Below the pieces are notes generated by a model, which worked only from the letters and a program-made list of their open reading frames with translations, had not been told where the DNA came from and made no database searches. Both the position numbers and the translations under genes were made by a program. Positions 55,991 through 64,000 of a stretch of DNA of 64,000 bases are shown here, piece after piece. The stretch lies in assembly GCA_021735655.1 (NCBI GenBank), contig JAIPGM010000003.1, positions 1-64,000 of the forward strand, written 5' to 3'. Positions within the stretch are counted from its first letter, which is position 1; each line of letters begins with the position of its first letter. The stretch comes from Candidatus Omnitrophota bacterium. GTDB lineage: Bacteria; Omnitrophota; Gorgyraeia; Duberdicusellales; 4484-171.

Positions 55991-56776
55991 ATGAAAGCAG
56001 TAATATTATGTGGAGGAAGAGGGACAAGAATTAGAGATGCCTCAGAAGTTTTACCTAAGTCAATGCTTCCGGTGGGCAATATGCCCTTGCTTTGGCATAT
56101 AATGAAAATTTACGCTCATTATGGGATAAAAGATTTCGTTTTATGCCTTGGTTATAAAGGGTGGGCGATAAAAGAGTTTTTTTTAAATTATCAAGCTAAG
56201 GTTTTTGATGTAGTGTTGAAGTTAGATAAAGAAAATTCAATAATTTATGGCCAAAACCATCATGAAAAGTTAGATTGGAAAATCTCGCTTGTAGAAACAG
56301 GCGAAGAATCACAAACCGGAGCAAGAATTTGGAATGCACGCAAATATTTAGAAGATTGTGATATGTTTTGTGTAACTTATGGTGACGGTGTTGGCAATAT
56401 CGACATCAAATCTTTAATAGAAGTTCATAAAAAATCGGGTTTACTTGGCACAATAACTGGAGTTCATCCTTCAGGCCGTTTTGGCGAAATAGAGACAAAA
56501 GGTAAGATTATTTCTTCTTTCGCAGAGAAGCCAAATGTAAGCTTTGGTTCTTATAATGGCGGGTTTATGGTTTTTGATAGAAAAGTTTTAGGAAAATATT
56601 TTAGATCTGGAAAAGATTTGATATTGGAGGCAGAAACTTTGCCTAATATGGTGAATGACAAGCAGTTAGGAATATATGAGCATAATGGTTTTTGGCAATG
56701 TGTTGACACTAATCGGGAATTAGAAATATTGGAGGGTTTATGGAATTCTTCTAATCCTCCTTGGAAAGTATGGTGA
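55991..56776 (+). CDS. rfbF: glucose-1-phosphate cytidylyltransferase
   Basis: MKAVILCGGRGTRI...LWHIMKIYAHYGIKDF...LWNSSNPPWKVW, near-colinear with RfbF/DdhA. Confidence 0.9.
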   Translation: MKAVILCGGRGTRIRDASEVLPKSMLPVGNMPLLWHIMKIYAHYGIKDFVLCLGYKGWAIKEFFLNYQAKVFDVVLKLDKENSIIYGQNHHEKLDWKISLVETGEESQTGARIWNARKYLEDCDMFCVTYGDGVGNIDIKSLIEVHKKSGLLGTITGVHPSGRFGEIETKGKIISSFAEKPNVSFGSYNGGFMVFDRKVLGKYFRSGKDLILEAETLPNMVNDKQLGIYEHNGFWQCVDTNRELEILEGLWNSSNPPWKVW

Positions 56777-57753
56777 ATACGCAAGTAAAATTTTGGAAAG
56801 GCAAAAGAGTCTTGATTACGGGCTATGAAGGATTCTTAGGATCTAATCTTGCTAAAGTTCTGCTAAACTTTGGTGCAAAGATATCGGGTTTGGATATTTT
56901 GACTAGAAGAAAAGATACAATCCTTACTCAAAAAGAATTAGCCAAGATAAAGATAATTAAAGGAAATGTTGATAATTTATCTTTAGTAAAGAGGATTTTA
57001 AGGAATGATAAAATAGAGGTTATTTTTCATCTCGCTGCAGAGGCTTTAGTTGGCGAGTGTCTAAAAAGACCAGTCAAAGGATTTTCGACCAATATTAAGG
57101 GAACTTGGAATATTTTAGAAGCTTGGCGGCAAACAAAAATAGCCAAAGCAATAGTTGTAGCTTCAAGCGATAAAGCCTACGGAAGTCATTCTAAGCTTCC
57201 TTATAAAGAAGATAGTGCGCTTTGCGGTTTGCATCCCTATGATGTTTCGAAGTCATGTGCTGACTTAATTGCTCATGCTTATCATAATACCTATGGAGCG
57301 CCGGTAGTGATAACTCGCTGTGGTAACATTTTTGGTCCGGGAGACTTCAATTTTTCCAGAATTGTTCCTGAAACCTTACGTTCGGTAATTAGAAATAAAA
57401 CTTTGGTTATTCGTAGTGATGGAAAGTTCACTCGTGATTATGTATATGTTGATGATATTGTAGCCGGATATATAAACTTAGCTCAAAAATCTAAAAAGTT
57501 AAAACTATTTGGCCAGGCTTTTAATTTTAGCGCCGAGCAGCCGCTTTCAGTTTTAGCTTTGGTAAAGTTGATTTATAAATTAGCTGACAGAAGATCTAAC
57601 TATAAAATCTTAAAACAGGCGAAATATGAAATTAAGCATCAATATCTTTCATCTAGGAAGGCTGCTAGAGTTCTTGGCTGGAAACCAAAGCTGAAGCTAG
57701 ATAAGGCTTTGGAGAAAACTTACCAGTGGTATAAAGATAATCTAAGCAAATGA
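56770..57753 (+). CDS. rfbG: CDP-glucose 4,6-dehydratase
   Basis: FWKGKRVLITGYEGFLGS, YDVSKSCAD. ATG 56770 overlaps the rfbF stop; an alternative in-frame TTG lies at 56761. Confidence 0.85.
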   Translation: MVNTQVKFWKGKRVLITGYEGFLGSNLAKVLLNFGAKISGLDILTRRKDTILTQKELAKIKIIKGNVDNLSLVKRILRNDKIEVIFHLAAEALVGECLKRPVKGFSTNIKGTWNILEAWRQTKIAKAIVVASSDKAYGSHSKLPYKEDSALCGLHPYDVSKSCADLIAHAYHNTYGAPVVITRCGNIFGPGDFNFSRIVPETLRSVIRNKTLVIRSDGKFTRDYVYVDDIVAGYINLAQKSKKLKLFGQAFNFSAEQPLSVLALVKLIYKLADRRSNYKILKQAKYEIKHQYLSSRKAARVLGWKPKLKLDKALEKTYQWYKDNLSK

Positions 57754-58490
57754 AGATAAATTTTTTAGGAACAAATGGATGGTACGATACTGATACCGGA
57801 AATACTCTTTGTATTCTTATTGAAACTAAAAAAGAATATATTATTCTCGATGCCGGAGGCGGTTTTTACAAAATTGGTCAATATATAAAGAAAAAGAAGC
57901 CAATTTATCTTTTCTTAAGCCATTTTCATCTCGACCACATTATTGGACTTCATACCTTATTGCTAGGTAACTTTTCTCAGGGGATTAAGCTTTACGGACC
58001 ACCGGGAGTAAAGAAATACTTATCACAAATAGTAAATTATCCTTATACAGCGCCAATTTCTAAGTTAAAAACAAAGGTTATCGTTAATCAAATTAAAAAA
58101 GAAGTACGTTTTCCTTTTAAGGTTGAGTTTGGCAAGCTGCTTCATCCTTCATTATGTTACGGCTATCGGTTTAATTTGGAAGGCAAAACAATTGTTTATT
58201 GCACCGATACCGGAATTTGCAGTAATTTATATAAGTTAGCTAGGGATTCTGATTTATTTATTACTGAATGCTCGGCGACTGCCGGAAAAAAGGAAAAGGA
58301 TTGGCCTCATTTAACGGCTCAGGATGCAGCTAAGGTTGCTAAGAAATCCCAAGTAAAAAAATTATTTTTAGTTCATTTTAATGCTTCCTTATTTAAAACT
58401 GAAAAGCAACGCAATATGGCTAAGGCACAAGCAAAAGAGATATTTGGGAATACTTTTGCGGCCAGTGACGGACAAGTAGTTAATTTATAA
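57750..58490 (+). CDS. MBL-fold metallo-hydrolase
   Basis: HFHLDHIIGL (HxHxDH) motif. 246 aa. Confidence 0.6.
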   Translation: MKINFLGTNGWYDTDTGNTLCILIETKKEYIILDAGGGFYKIGQYIKKKKPIYLFLSHFHLDHIIGLHTLLLGNFSQGIKLYGPPGVKKYLSQIVNYPYTAPISKLKTKVIVNQIKKEVRFPFKVEFGKLLHPSLCYGYRFNLEGKTIVYCTDTGICSNLYKLARDSDLFITECSATAGKKEKDWPHLTAQDAAKVAKKSQVKKLFLVHFNASLFKTEKQRNMAKAQAKEIFGNTFAASDGQVVNL

Positions 58491-58501
58491 AGCTTTAAAT
58501 A

Positions 58502-59386
58502 ATGAAGAAAACACCCGTAGCTATAATTGGTACTGGAAATATTGGTACTGATCTTTTAATTAAGATCCAGCGTTCGTCAATTTTAGAATGTGTTCTTTTT
58601 ACTGGCCGGCGTCTAGATTCACGGGGCATGCAAAGAGCAAGGTTGCTTGGCGTACCCATTTCCGATCAATCAATAAAAGCCATTCAGAGAAATCATAATA
58701 TTTGCGATATAGTCTTTGACGCAACCTCAGCTAAAGCTCATCAATATCACGCACCAATTTTAAAGAAATTAGGTAAGATCGCTATAGACTTAACGCCTTC
58801 AAAAGTTGGCAAGATGTGTATACCGGTTATTAACATGAACCAATGTTTAGATGAAAATAATGTGAATTTGGTTACTTGCGGCGGTCAAGCAGCTATTCCA
58901 ATAGCTCATGCAATTATGAGGGTGCATCCGGAGACCGAATATATAGAAGTTGTAGCAAGTATTGCTTCTAAATCCGCGGGCCTTGGGACTAGAGATAATA
59001 TTGATGAGTTTACTCAGACTACCGGTGATGCTATTTTAAATTTTACCGGAGTTCCTCGGGCAAAGGCAATTATTATTTTAAATCCGGCTGAACCACCAGT
59101 TTTAATGCACAATACCATTTATGCCCAGATTACTAAGCCAAAGATCAAAAAAATGACTGCGGCAATAAATGATATTGTTAACAAGGTTCAAAAATATGTT
59201 CCTGGTTATAAAGTAACTGTGGGTCCAGTGGCCGAGGGCAATCGGGTAACGGTTATGATTGAGGTGGTGGGTTTGGGCGATTTTCTTCCTAAATATTCCG
59301 GCAACTTAGATATTATTACCTGCGCTGCTGTGAATATTGCGGAAAGTTTTGCTCAAAAAAAGATAAGAGGCAAAGTGCCTTTATGA
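58502..59386 (+). CDS. acetaldehyde dehydrogenase (acetylating), DmpF/MhpF family
   Basis: VAIIGTGNIGTDLLIKI, VTCGGQAAIP, ASIASKSAGLGTRDNIDEFT, near-colinear with MhpF. Confidence 0.8.
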   Translation: MKKTPVAIIGTGNIGTDLLIKIQRSSILECVLFTGRRLDSRGMQRARLLGVPISDQSIKAIQRNHNICDIVFDATSAKAHQYHAPILKKLGKIAIDLTPSKVGKMCIPVINMNQCLDENNVNLVTCGGQAAIPIAHAIMRVHPETEYIEVVASIASKSAGLGTRDNIDEFTQTTGDAILNFTGVPRAKAIIILNPAEPPVLMHNTIYAQITKPKIKKMTAAINDIVNKVQKYVPGYKVTVGPVAEGNRVTVMIEVVGLGDFLPKYSGNLDIITCAAVNIAESFAQKKIRGKVPL

Positions 59387-60435
59387 AAAAAAGGAAAAAG
59401 ATTTTATTCTTTGATTCTACTTTGCGCGATGGGTCTCATGCAATTAGCCATCAGCTGAAAGCTTCCCAGATTAAGCAATATTGTAAGTATGCAGATGACT
59501 CAGGGTTACATACAATTATTGTCGGCCATGGAAATGGTCTAAGTGCCTCATCTTTGCAGGTAGGGTTGTCGGCTCTTTCTGATACAGAGATGATTGTAAC
59601 TGCTCGCAAGAATCTTAAAGCTACGAAATTGGGAGTTTTTTTGATTCCTGGTTTTGGTACAATTAAGGATGATCTTGCTCCGGCAATTGATCAAGGGGTT
59701 GATTTAGTTTGTGTTGCTTCTCATTGTACCGAGGCTAATGTTACTCGTCAACATATCGAATACGTAAGAAAACGAGGCAAAGCCGCTTATGGGGTTTTAA
59801 TGATGCAGCATATGGCTTCAGCCGAACGTTTATCCGAAGAAGCTCACAAAATGCAAGATTATGGCGCATTGGGTGTTATTTTAATGGATTCTGCCGGAGC
59901 TTCTCATCCGGAGATGGTTTCAGAGCGGGTTGGCCTACTAGTTAAGAATCTTGATTGTCAAGTTGGATTCCATGCTCATAATAATTTAGGTTTAGCGATT
60001 GCTAATTCATACAGTGCAATTAAAGCTGGGGCTACAATTATTGATGGAACAGTTAGGGGTTTTGGGGCTGGGGCCGGGAATTGTCAAATTGAAGTTTTAG
60101 CAGGATTGCTCTATAAAATTGGCGTAAAGACAGGTCTAGATTTATATAAATTGATGGATGTTGGTGATGAAGTAGTAACTAAATTGAGTGAGAAATCTCA
60201 AGGTGTGAGCTCAATTAGCCTAATTAGCGGAATAACTGGGGTTTTTTCGGGTTTTTCTAAACATGTTGAGAAAGCAGCTAAGCGATTTGGCGTTGATCCG
60301 CGAGATATTTTTATGGAGTTAGGAAAAAGAAAAATGGTAGCCGGGCAGGAAGATTATATTGTTGACGTGGCAATGTATTTAGCTCAGAAGAAAACTGGCC
60401 AGAAAGACAGCTATCAGATAGAATCACTTTCTTAA
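59383..60435 (+). CDS. 4-hydroxy-2-oxovalerate aldolase-like (DmpG/MhpE family, DRE-TIM)
   Basis: DSTLRDGSHAI, GFHAHNNLGLAIANS, MVAGQEDYIVDVA, matching the HOA aldolase family. Confidence 0.8.
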   Translation: MKKRKKILFFDSTLRDGSHAISHQLKASQIKQYCKYADDSGLHTIIVGHGNGLSASSLQVGLSALSDTEMIVTARKNLKATKLGVFLIPGFGTIKDDLAPAIDQGVDLVCVASHCTEANVTRQHIEYVRKRGKAAYGVLMMQHMASAERLSEEAHKMQDYGALGVILMDSAGASHPEMVSERVGLLVKNLDCQVGFHAHNNLGLAIANSYSAIKAGATIIDGTVRGFGAGAGNCQIEVLAGLLYKIGVKTGLDLYKLMDVGDEVVTKLSEKSQGVSSISLISGITGVFSGFSKHVEKAAKRFGVDPRDIFMELGKRKMVAGQEDYIVDVAMYLAQKKTGQKDSYQIESLS

Positions 60436-60448
60436 TAAGGAGTAGACA

Positions 60449-62230
60449 ATGAGAGTGGCCGATTACATTTTTAATTTTTTAGTCGATAAAGGCGTAAGAA
60501 ATGTTTTTATGGTTTCCGGCGGCCAAGCTATGTTTTTGGTTGATGCTGTTGGACGTCAAAAAGAAATAGAAGTTGTTTGTACACATCATGAACAGGCAGC
60601 TGGGATGGCAGCTGAAGCTTATGGGCGAGTAACTCAAAAATTAGGAGTAGCTTTAGTTACTGCCGGGCCGGGCAGTATGAATATTGTAAATGCGGTAGCC
60701 GGAGGCTGGACAGATTCATCACCAATGATGGTTATTTCCGGCCAATCATCTTTATCATATGTACAGTATCAAGAAGAAACTAATATTCGACAGTATGGAA
60801 TTCAAGGAATTTACATTAAGCCAATAGTTCAGAATATTACTAAGTATTTTGTTACTGTTGATGATCCAGCAAAAATTTTATTTTATCTTCAAAAAGCTTA
60901 TTATTATGCAACTACTGGGCGTCCTGGCCCGGTTTGGATCGATGTTCCGATTGATGTGCAAAAGATGGAGGTTCCCGATCGCTTATTAGAAGAGTTTGAA
61001 CCACCGCTTGAGGCTTATCTTCCCGATGAGCTAACAGATAGTGTTGAGCTGTTATTGACGACAATTTCCAAAGCTAAGCGGCCAATATTTTTAGTTGGCC
61101 AGGGTGTTCGCTTGGGCGGTGCGGTTGATCAGTTTTATCAAGTTCTTGAAAGATTAGCGATTCCGGTATTAACCTCGCGTCTGGGAATAGATTTAATTAA
61201 TAGTGATCATCGTCTTTATGTCGGTCGTCCAGGAATTTATGGTGAGCGAGCAGCTAACTTTGCAATTCAGAATGCTGATGTTATAGTGGCTGTTGGCTCG
61301 CGCTTAGCAACAGCATTAGTTGGCTATGATTCTAAAAACTTTGGTAAACAGGCTTATAAAATAGCTGTTGATATTGATAAAAAAGAGCTAAATAAGATCG
61401 GCGTTGAAATAAATTTGCGAATTCATGCTGATGTAAAAGATTTTTTTAAAGAAATCCAGCGGCAGCTAGTTTCGGTTTCAGTTGGCGATTTTAGTCAATG
61501 GATTAAACAATGTAATGATTGGAAAAAGAACTATCCGGTAGTTTTGCCGTCTTATGAGAAGGAGAAACCAGTCAATTCTTATTATTTTACTGAAAAGCTA
61601 TCTCAGGTTACACCTTCTGAGGTAATGGTTTTGGTTGATACTGGTTCTTGTTTTCATGTGGCTTGTCAGGCTTGGAAGATTAAAACCGGGCAACGTTTTC
61701 TTACTACTGGGGGTCTTTCTTCGATGGGTTATTGGGCTGCAGTTTTGGGGGTTTGCGAGGCCAACAATCGAAAGAATACGATTGTTATTACCGGTGATGG
61801 TAGCTTACAGATGAATTTACAGGAATTAGCAACAATTAAACATTACAATTTTCCGATTAAAGTTATTATTTTCAATAACAACGGTTATCTTTTAATAAGG
61901 CATACACAGAAGAACTACATGAATAGTCGTTTTTGCGGTGAAGGGCCGGATAGCGGTGTTTGGTGTCCGGATTCTTTAAGGATAGCCGAGGCCTATGGGA
62001 TTAAAGGTGTCCGCATAGATTCAGTTAAAGGGCTTAGTGAAAAAATTAAAGAAGTAATTGAATATCCCGGCCCGGTGGTTTGCGATGTAATGACTCCTGA
62101 GTGGCAATTACTTATTCCTCGAGTTTCTTCAGAAAAAAAGCCCGATGGAACATTGGTTTCAAAACCCTATGAAGATATGTACCCGTTTTTGAGTAAAAAA
62201 GAATTAAAACAAAACATGCTTTTTGAATAA
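60449..62230 (+). CDS. thiamine-diphosphate-dependent enzyme, acetolactate-synthase-like (YerE-like carboligase candidate)
   Basis: N-terminal Pyr domain (VFMVSGGQAMFLVDA), central domain, C-terminal PP domain GDGSLQMNLQEL. 593 aa. Confidence 0.75.
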   Translation: MRVADYIFNFLVDKGVRNVFMVSGGQAMFLVDAVGRQKEIEVVCTHHEQAAGMAAEAYGRVTQKLGVALVTAGPGSMNIVNAVAGGWTDSSPMMVISGQSSLSYVQYQEETNIRQYGIQGIYIKPIVQNITKYFVTVDDPAKILFYLQKAYYYATTGRPGPVWIDVPIDVQKMEVPDRLLEEFEPPLEAYLPDELTDSVELLLTTISKAKRPIFLVGQGVRLGGAVDQFYQVLERLAIPVLTSRLGIDLINSDHRLYVGRPGIYGERAANFAIQNADVIVAVGSRLATALVGYDSKNFGKQAYKIAVDIDKKELNKIGVEINLRIHADVKDFFKEIQRQLVSVSVGDFSQWIKQCNDWKKNYPVVLPSYEKEKPVNSYYFTEKLSQVTPSEVMVLVDTGSCFHVACQAWKIKTGQRFLTTGGLSSMGYWAAVLGVCEANNRKNTIVITGDGSLQMNLQELATIKHYNFPIKVIIFNNNGYLLIRHTQKNYMNSRFCGEGPDSGVWCPDSLRIAEAYGIKGVRIDSVKGLSEKIKEVIEYPGPVVCDVMTPEWQLLIPRVSSEKKPDGTLVSKPYEDMYPFLSKKELKQNMLFE

Positions 62231-63188
62231 TAAAGGACAAATTTTGATTAAGAAAAAAAACGTACTAGTTACTGGTGCTCGTGGATTCATTGGAAAAAAT
62301 ATTGTTGAACATTTCAAAGCTAACCTTTCAAACAATTATACTGTTTTTTCTCCCTATCATAATGAGTTAGAACTGCTTGATTCTCAAGTGGTTATTTCGT
62401 TTATTAAGAGTAAATCAATAGATCTTATTATTCATTGTGCTAATATTGGGGGATCACGTAAAACTGCCTACGATCAAGATCGTACTGATGTGGTATATAA
62501 AAATTTAGCGATGTTTTTTAATCTAGTCGGTGCAATGAATAAAGACACTCGAATGGTATTTTTTGGTAGCGGCGCAGAGTATGCCAGAGCCTATTATAAG
62601 CCCAAGATGAAAGAAGATTATTTCGATGAACACATACCGGAAGATAGCTACGGTTTTTCAAAATACGTATGTTCTAAGTATATAGAAAGTTCTGAGAAAA
62701 TAGTAAATTTGCGTCTTTTCGGAGTTTTTGGAAAGCACGAAGATTATGAGTTTAAATTTATATCTAATGCTATTGTTAAAAATTTATTAGGTTTACCAAT
62801 CACCATAAATCAAAATATTTATTTTGATTATTTGTATATAAACGATTTTTTAAAGATAGTTGAGTATTTTATAGATAAAATGCCTAAACAAAAGTTTTAT
62901 AACGCTGCTAGAGGCCAAACAATTGACTTGGTAACGATAGCTAAAGAAATTAATAAAGTTTCCGAAAAGCAGTCGGAGATAATTGTTAAACATGAAGGTT
63001 TGAATACCGAGTATAGTGCCGATAATTCAAGACTTTTAAAAGAAATCGGTAATTTTGACTTTACTCCTTTTGACCAAGCAATAAAGGAGTTGTATCTTTG
63101 GTATAAATCTAATTTGAATAAAATTAATAAAGCCAAAATTACCAAAGATGAATATATTAAGTATTGTCACATAGATAGCCAACAGTAA
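62223..63188 (+). CDS. NAD-dependent epimerase/reductase (extended SDR)
   Basis: VLVTGARGFIGKN and YGFSKYVCSK (YxxxK). Confidence 0.65.
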   Translation: MNNKGQILIKKKNVLVTGARGFIGKNIVEHFKANLSNNYTVFSPYHNELELLDSQVVISFIKSKSIDLIIHCANIGGSRKTAYDQDRTDVVYKNLAMFFNLVGAMNKDTRMVFFGSGAEYARAYYKPKMKEDYFDEHIPEDSYGFSKYVCSKYIESSEKIVNLRLFGVFGKHEDYEFKFISNAIVKNLLGLPITINQNIYFDYLYINDFLKIVEYFIDKMPKQKFYNAARGQTIDLVTIAKEINKVSEKQSEIIVKHEGLNTEYSADNSRLLKEIGNFDFTPFDQAIKELYLWYKSNLNKINKAKITKDEYIKYCHIDSQQ

Positions 63189-64000
63189 TGAATAACCAGA
63201 AGTTATTGCGAAAACAAATCCTTAAAAAGGTGAAGGACTTTCAAGTCAAAAGTCCAAAGTCTAAATTTGTTCCCGGCGAAACTTATATTAACTATGCTGG
63301 GCGTATTTTTGACCATGAAGAACTCATCAATTCAGTTGATGCTTCTTTAGATTTTTGGTTAACTTCTGGACGATTCGCTTGTGAGTTTGAGAAGGAGTTA
63401 GCAAGATTTTTAGGAATTAAACATTGCATGTTAACAAATTCCGGTTCTTCGGCCAATCTTTTAGCTATTTCAGCGTTAAAGTCACCGTTATTAAAGAAAC
63501 GAAGTTTGAAGGCAGGCGATGAAGTTATTACCACTGCTTGCGGATTCCCGACAACTTTAAATCCAATTTTACAAAATAATCTTGTTCCGGTTTTTGTTGA
63601 TTTGGAGTTGGGTACCTATAATATTGATGTTACTAAAATAGAGCGAGCAATTTCTAAGAAAACAAAGGCTATTTTTGTTGCTCATACCTTAGGTAACCCG
63701 GTTGAACTAGATGCAATTATGAAAATAGTTAAAAAGCATAATTTATTTTTTATCGAAGATAATTGCGACAGTCTAGGTTCTAAATATAATGATAAATATA
63801 CCGGCAGTTTTGGTCAAATTTCAACTTGTAGTTTTTATGCCAGCCATCATATCACTATGGGAGAGGGCGGAGCGGTTTTAACCAATGACCCTTTACTTCG
63901 CAAGATAATTCTTTCTTTACGCGATTGGGGCCGTGATTGTTTTTGTGAACCAGGCCGGGATAATAGTTGTGGTAAGCGGTTTTCTAAAAAGCAGGGTAAG
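63188..64000 (+). CDS. ddhC: CDP-6-deoxy-D-xylo-4-hexulose 3-dehydrase (E1, DdhC/RfbH/AscC), 3'-truncated by the window end
   Basis: SFYASHHITMGEGGAV (His replaces Lys) and RDWGRDCFCEPGRDNSCGKRF iron-sulfur Cys motif. No stop codon before the window end. Confidence 0.8.
   Translation, partial: MNNQKLLRKQILKKVKDFQVKSPKSKFVPGETYINYAGRIFDHEELINSVDASLDFWLTSGRFACEFEKELARFLGIKHCMLTNSGSSANLLAISALKSPLLKKRSLKAGDEVITTACGFPTTLNPILQNNLVPVFVDLELGTYNIDVTKIERAISKKTKAIFVAHTLGNPVELDAIMKIVKKHNLFFIEDNCDSLGSKYNDKYTGSFGQISTCSFYASHHITMGEGGAVLTNDPLLRKIILSLRDWGRDCFCEPGRDNSCGKRFSKKQGK

Noticed and set aside
1-64000. Searched for tRNA, rRNA, CRISPR repeats, IS/transposase, integrase, toxin-antitoxin or phage defence genes
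   Set aside because: No direct-repeat arrays, no cloverleaf-compatible GC-rich segments of 70-90 nt outside coding regions, and no ORFs with DDE, tyrosine-recombinase or nuclease-helicase defence signatures were recognised. The only selfish element is the intein.

Overview
This window is AT-rich, roughly mid-30s % GC by eye. Nearly all of it is one co-directional glycan-biosynthesis super-locus on the + strand. About 58 genes are packed end to end, many with ATGA or GTGA start/stop overlaps that suggest translational coupling. I recognised no rRNA, tRNA, CRISPR array, transposase or integrase. The locus divides into the following modules.

- (1) dTDP-rhamnose module: rfbA, rfbC and rfbB. rfbB carries an in-frame 336-aa intein with a LAGLIDADG homing-endonuclease core. 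rfbD sits 46 kb downstream.
- (2) Mixed module: a Fcl-like GDP-sugar epimerase/reductase, a split transketolase and an SDR.
- (3) Deoxy/methyl-sugar module: two B12-binding radical SAM enzymes flank a GHMP anomeric kinase and a sugar-1-P nucleotidyltransferase. A xylose-isomerase-like TIM barrel and an E1-type 3-dehydrase follow. The dehydrase has His in place of the PLP-lysine plus a Cys cluster.
- (4) Fusion-protein module: a PglK/MsbA-like ABC exporter, a Glf-like FAD domain fused to NeuB, and a SpsE/NeuB-like domain fused to a SpsF-like cytidylyltransferase. A Rossmann oxidoreductase and a DegT aminotransferase accompany them.
- (5) Legionaminic-acid-type nonulosonic acid (NulO) pathway: three Gfo/Idh/MocA oxidoreductases, CMP-NulO synthetase, SDR, NeuB, hydrolysing NeuC, a NeuD/PglD-type acetyltransferase, a CBS-domain nucleotidyltransferase, a 4,6-dehydratase and an aminotransferase. 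It also contains the WbuX/WbuY/WbuZ acetamidino-forming trio (a PseA-like PP-loop amidotransferase with HisH/HisF paralogs).
- (6) Accessory genes: a P-loop sulfotransferase-like protein, a third cytidylyltransferase, a DHQ-synthase-like enzyme, an SDR, two large uncharacterised GT-B-like proteins, two SAM methyltransferases and a radical SAM protein.
- (7) Assembly genes: GT2, a Wzy/WaaL-like membrane protein, GT4, a GT-C-like membrane protein and a WecG/TagA-type GT26.
- (8) CDP-hexose branch: rfbF, rfbG, an MBL-fold hydrolase, an acetylating acetaldehyde dehydrogenase (DmpF/MhpF-like), a 4-hydroxy-2-oxovalerate-aldolase-like protein (DmpG/MhpE-like), a ThDP enzyme (YerE/ALS-like), an SDR and a truncated E1 (DdhC) 3-dehydrase.

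The most novel-looking parts are the intein in rfbB, the Glf-NeuB fusion, the B12-rSAM/E1-like sub-cluster, and the recruitment of a DmpFG aldolase-dehydrogenase pair into a CDP-dideoxyhexose branch.
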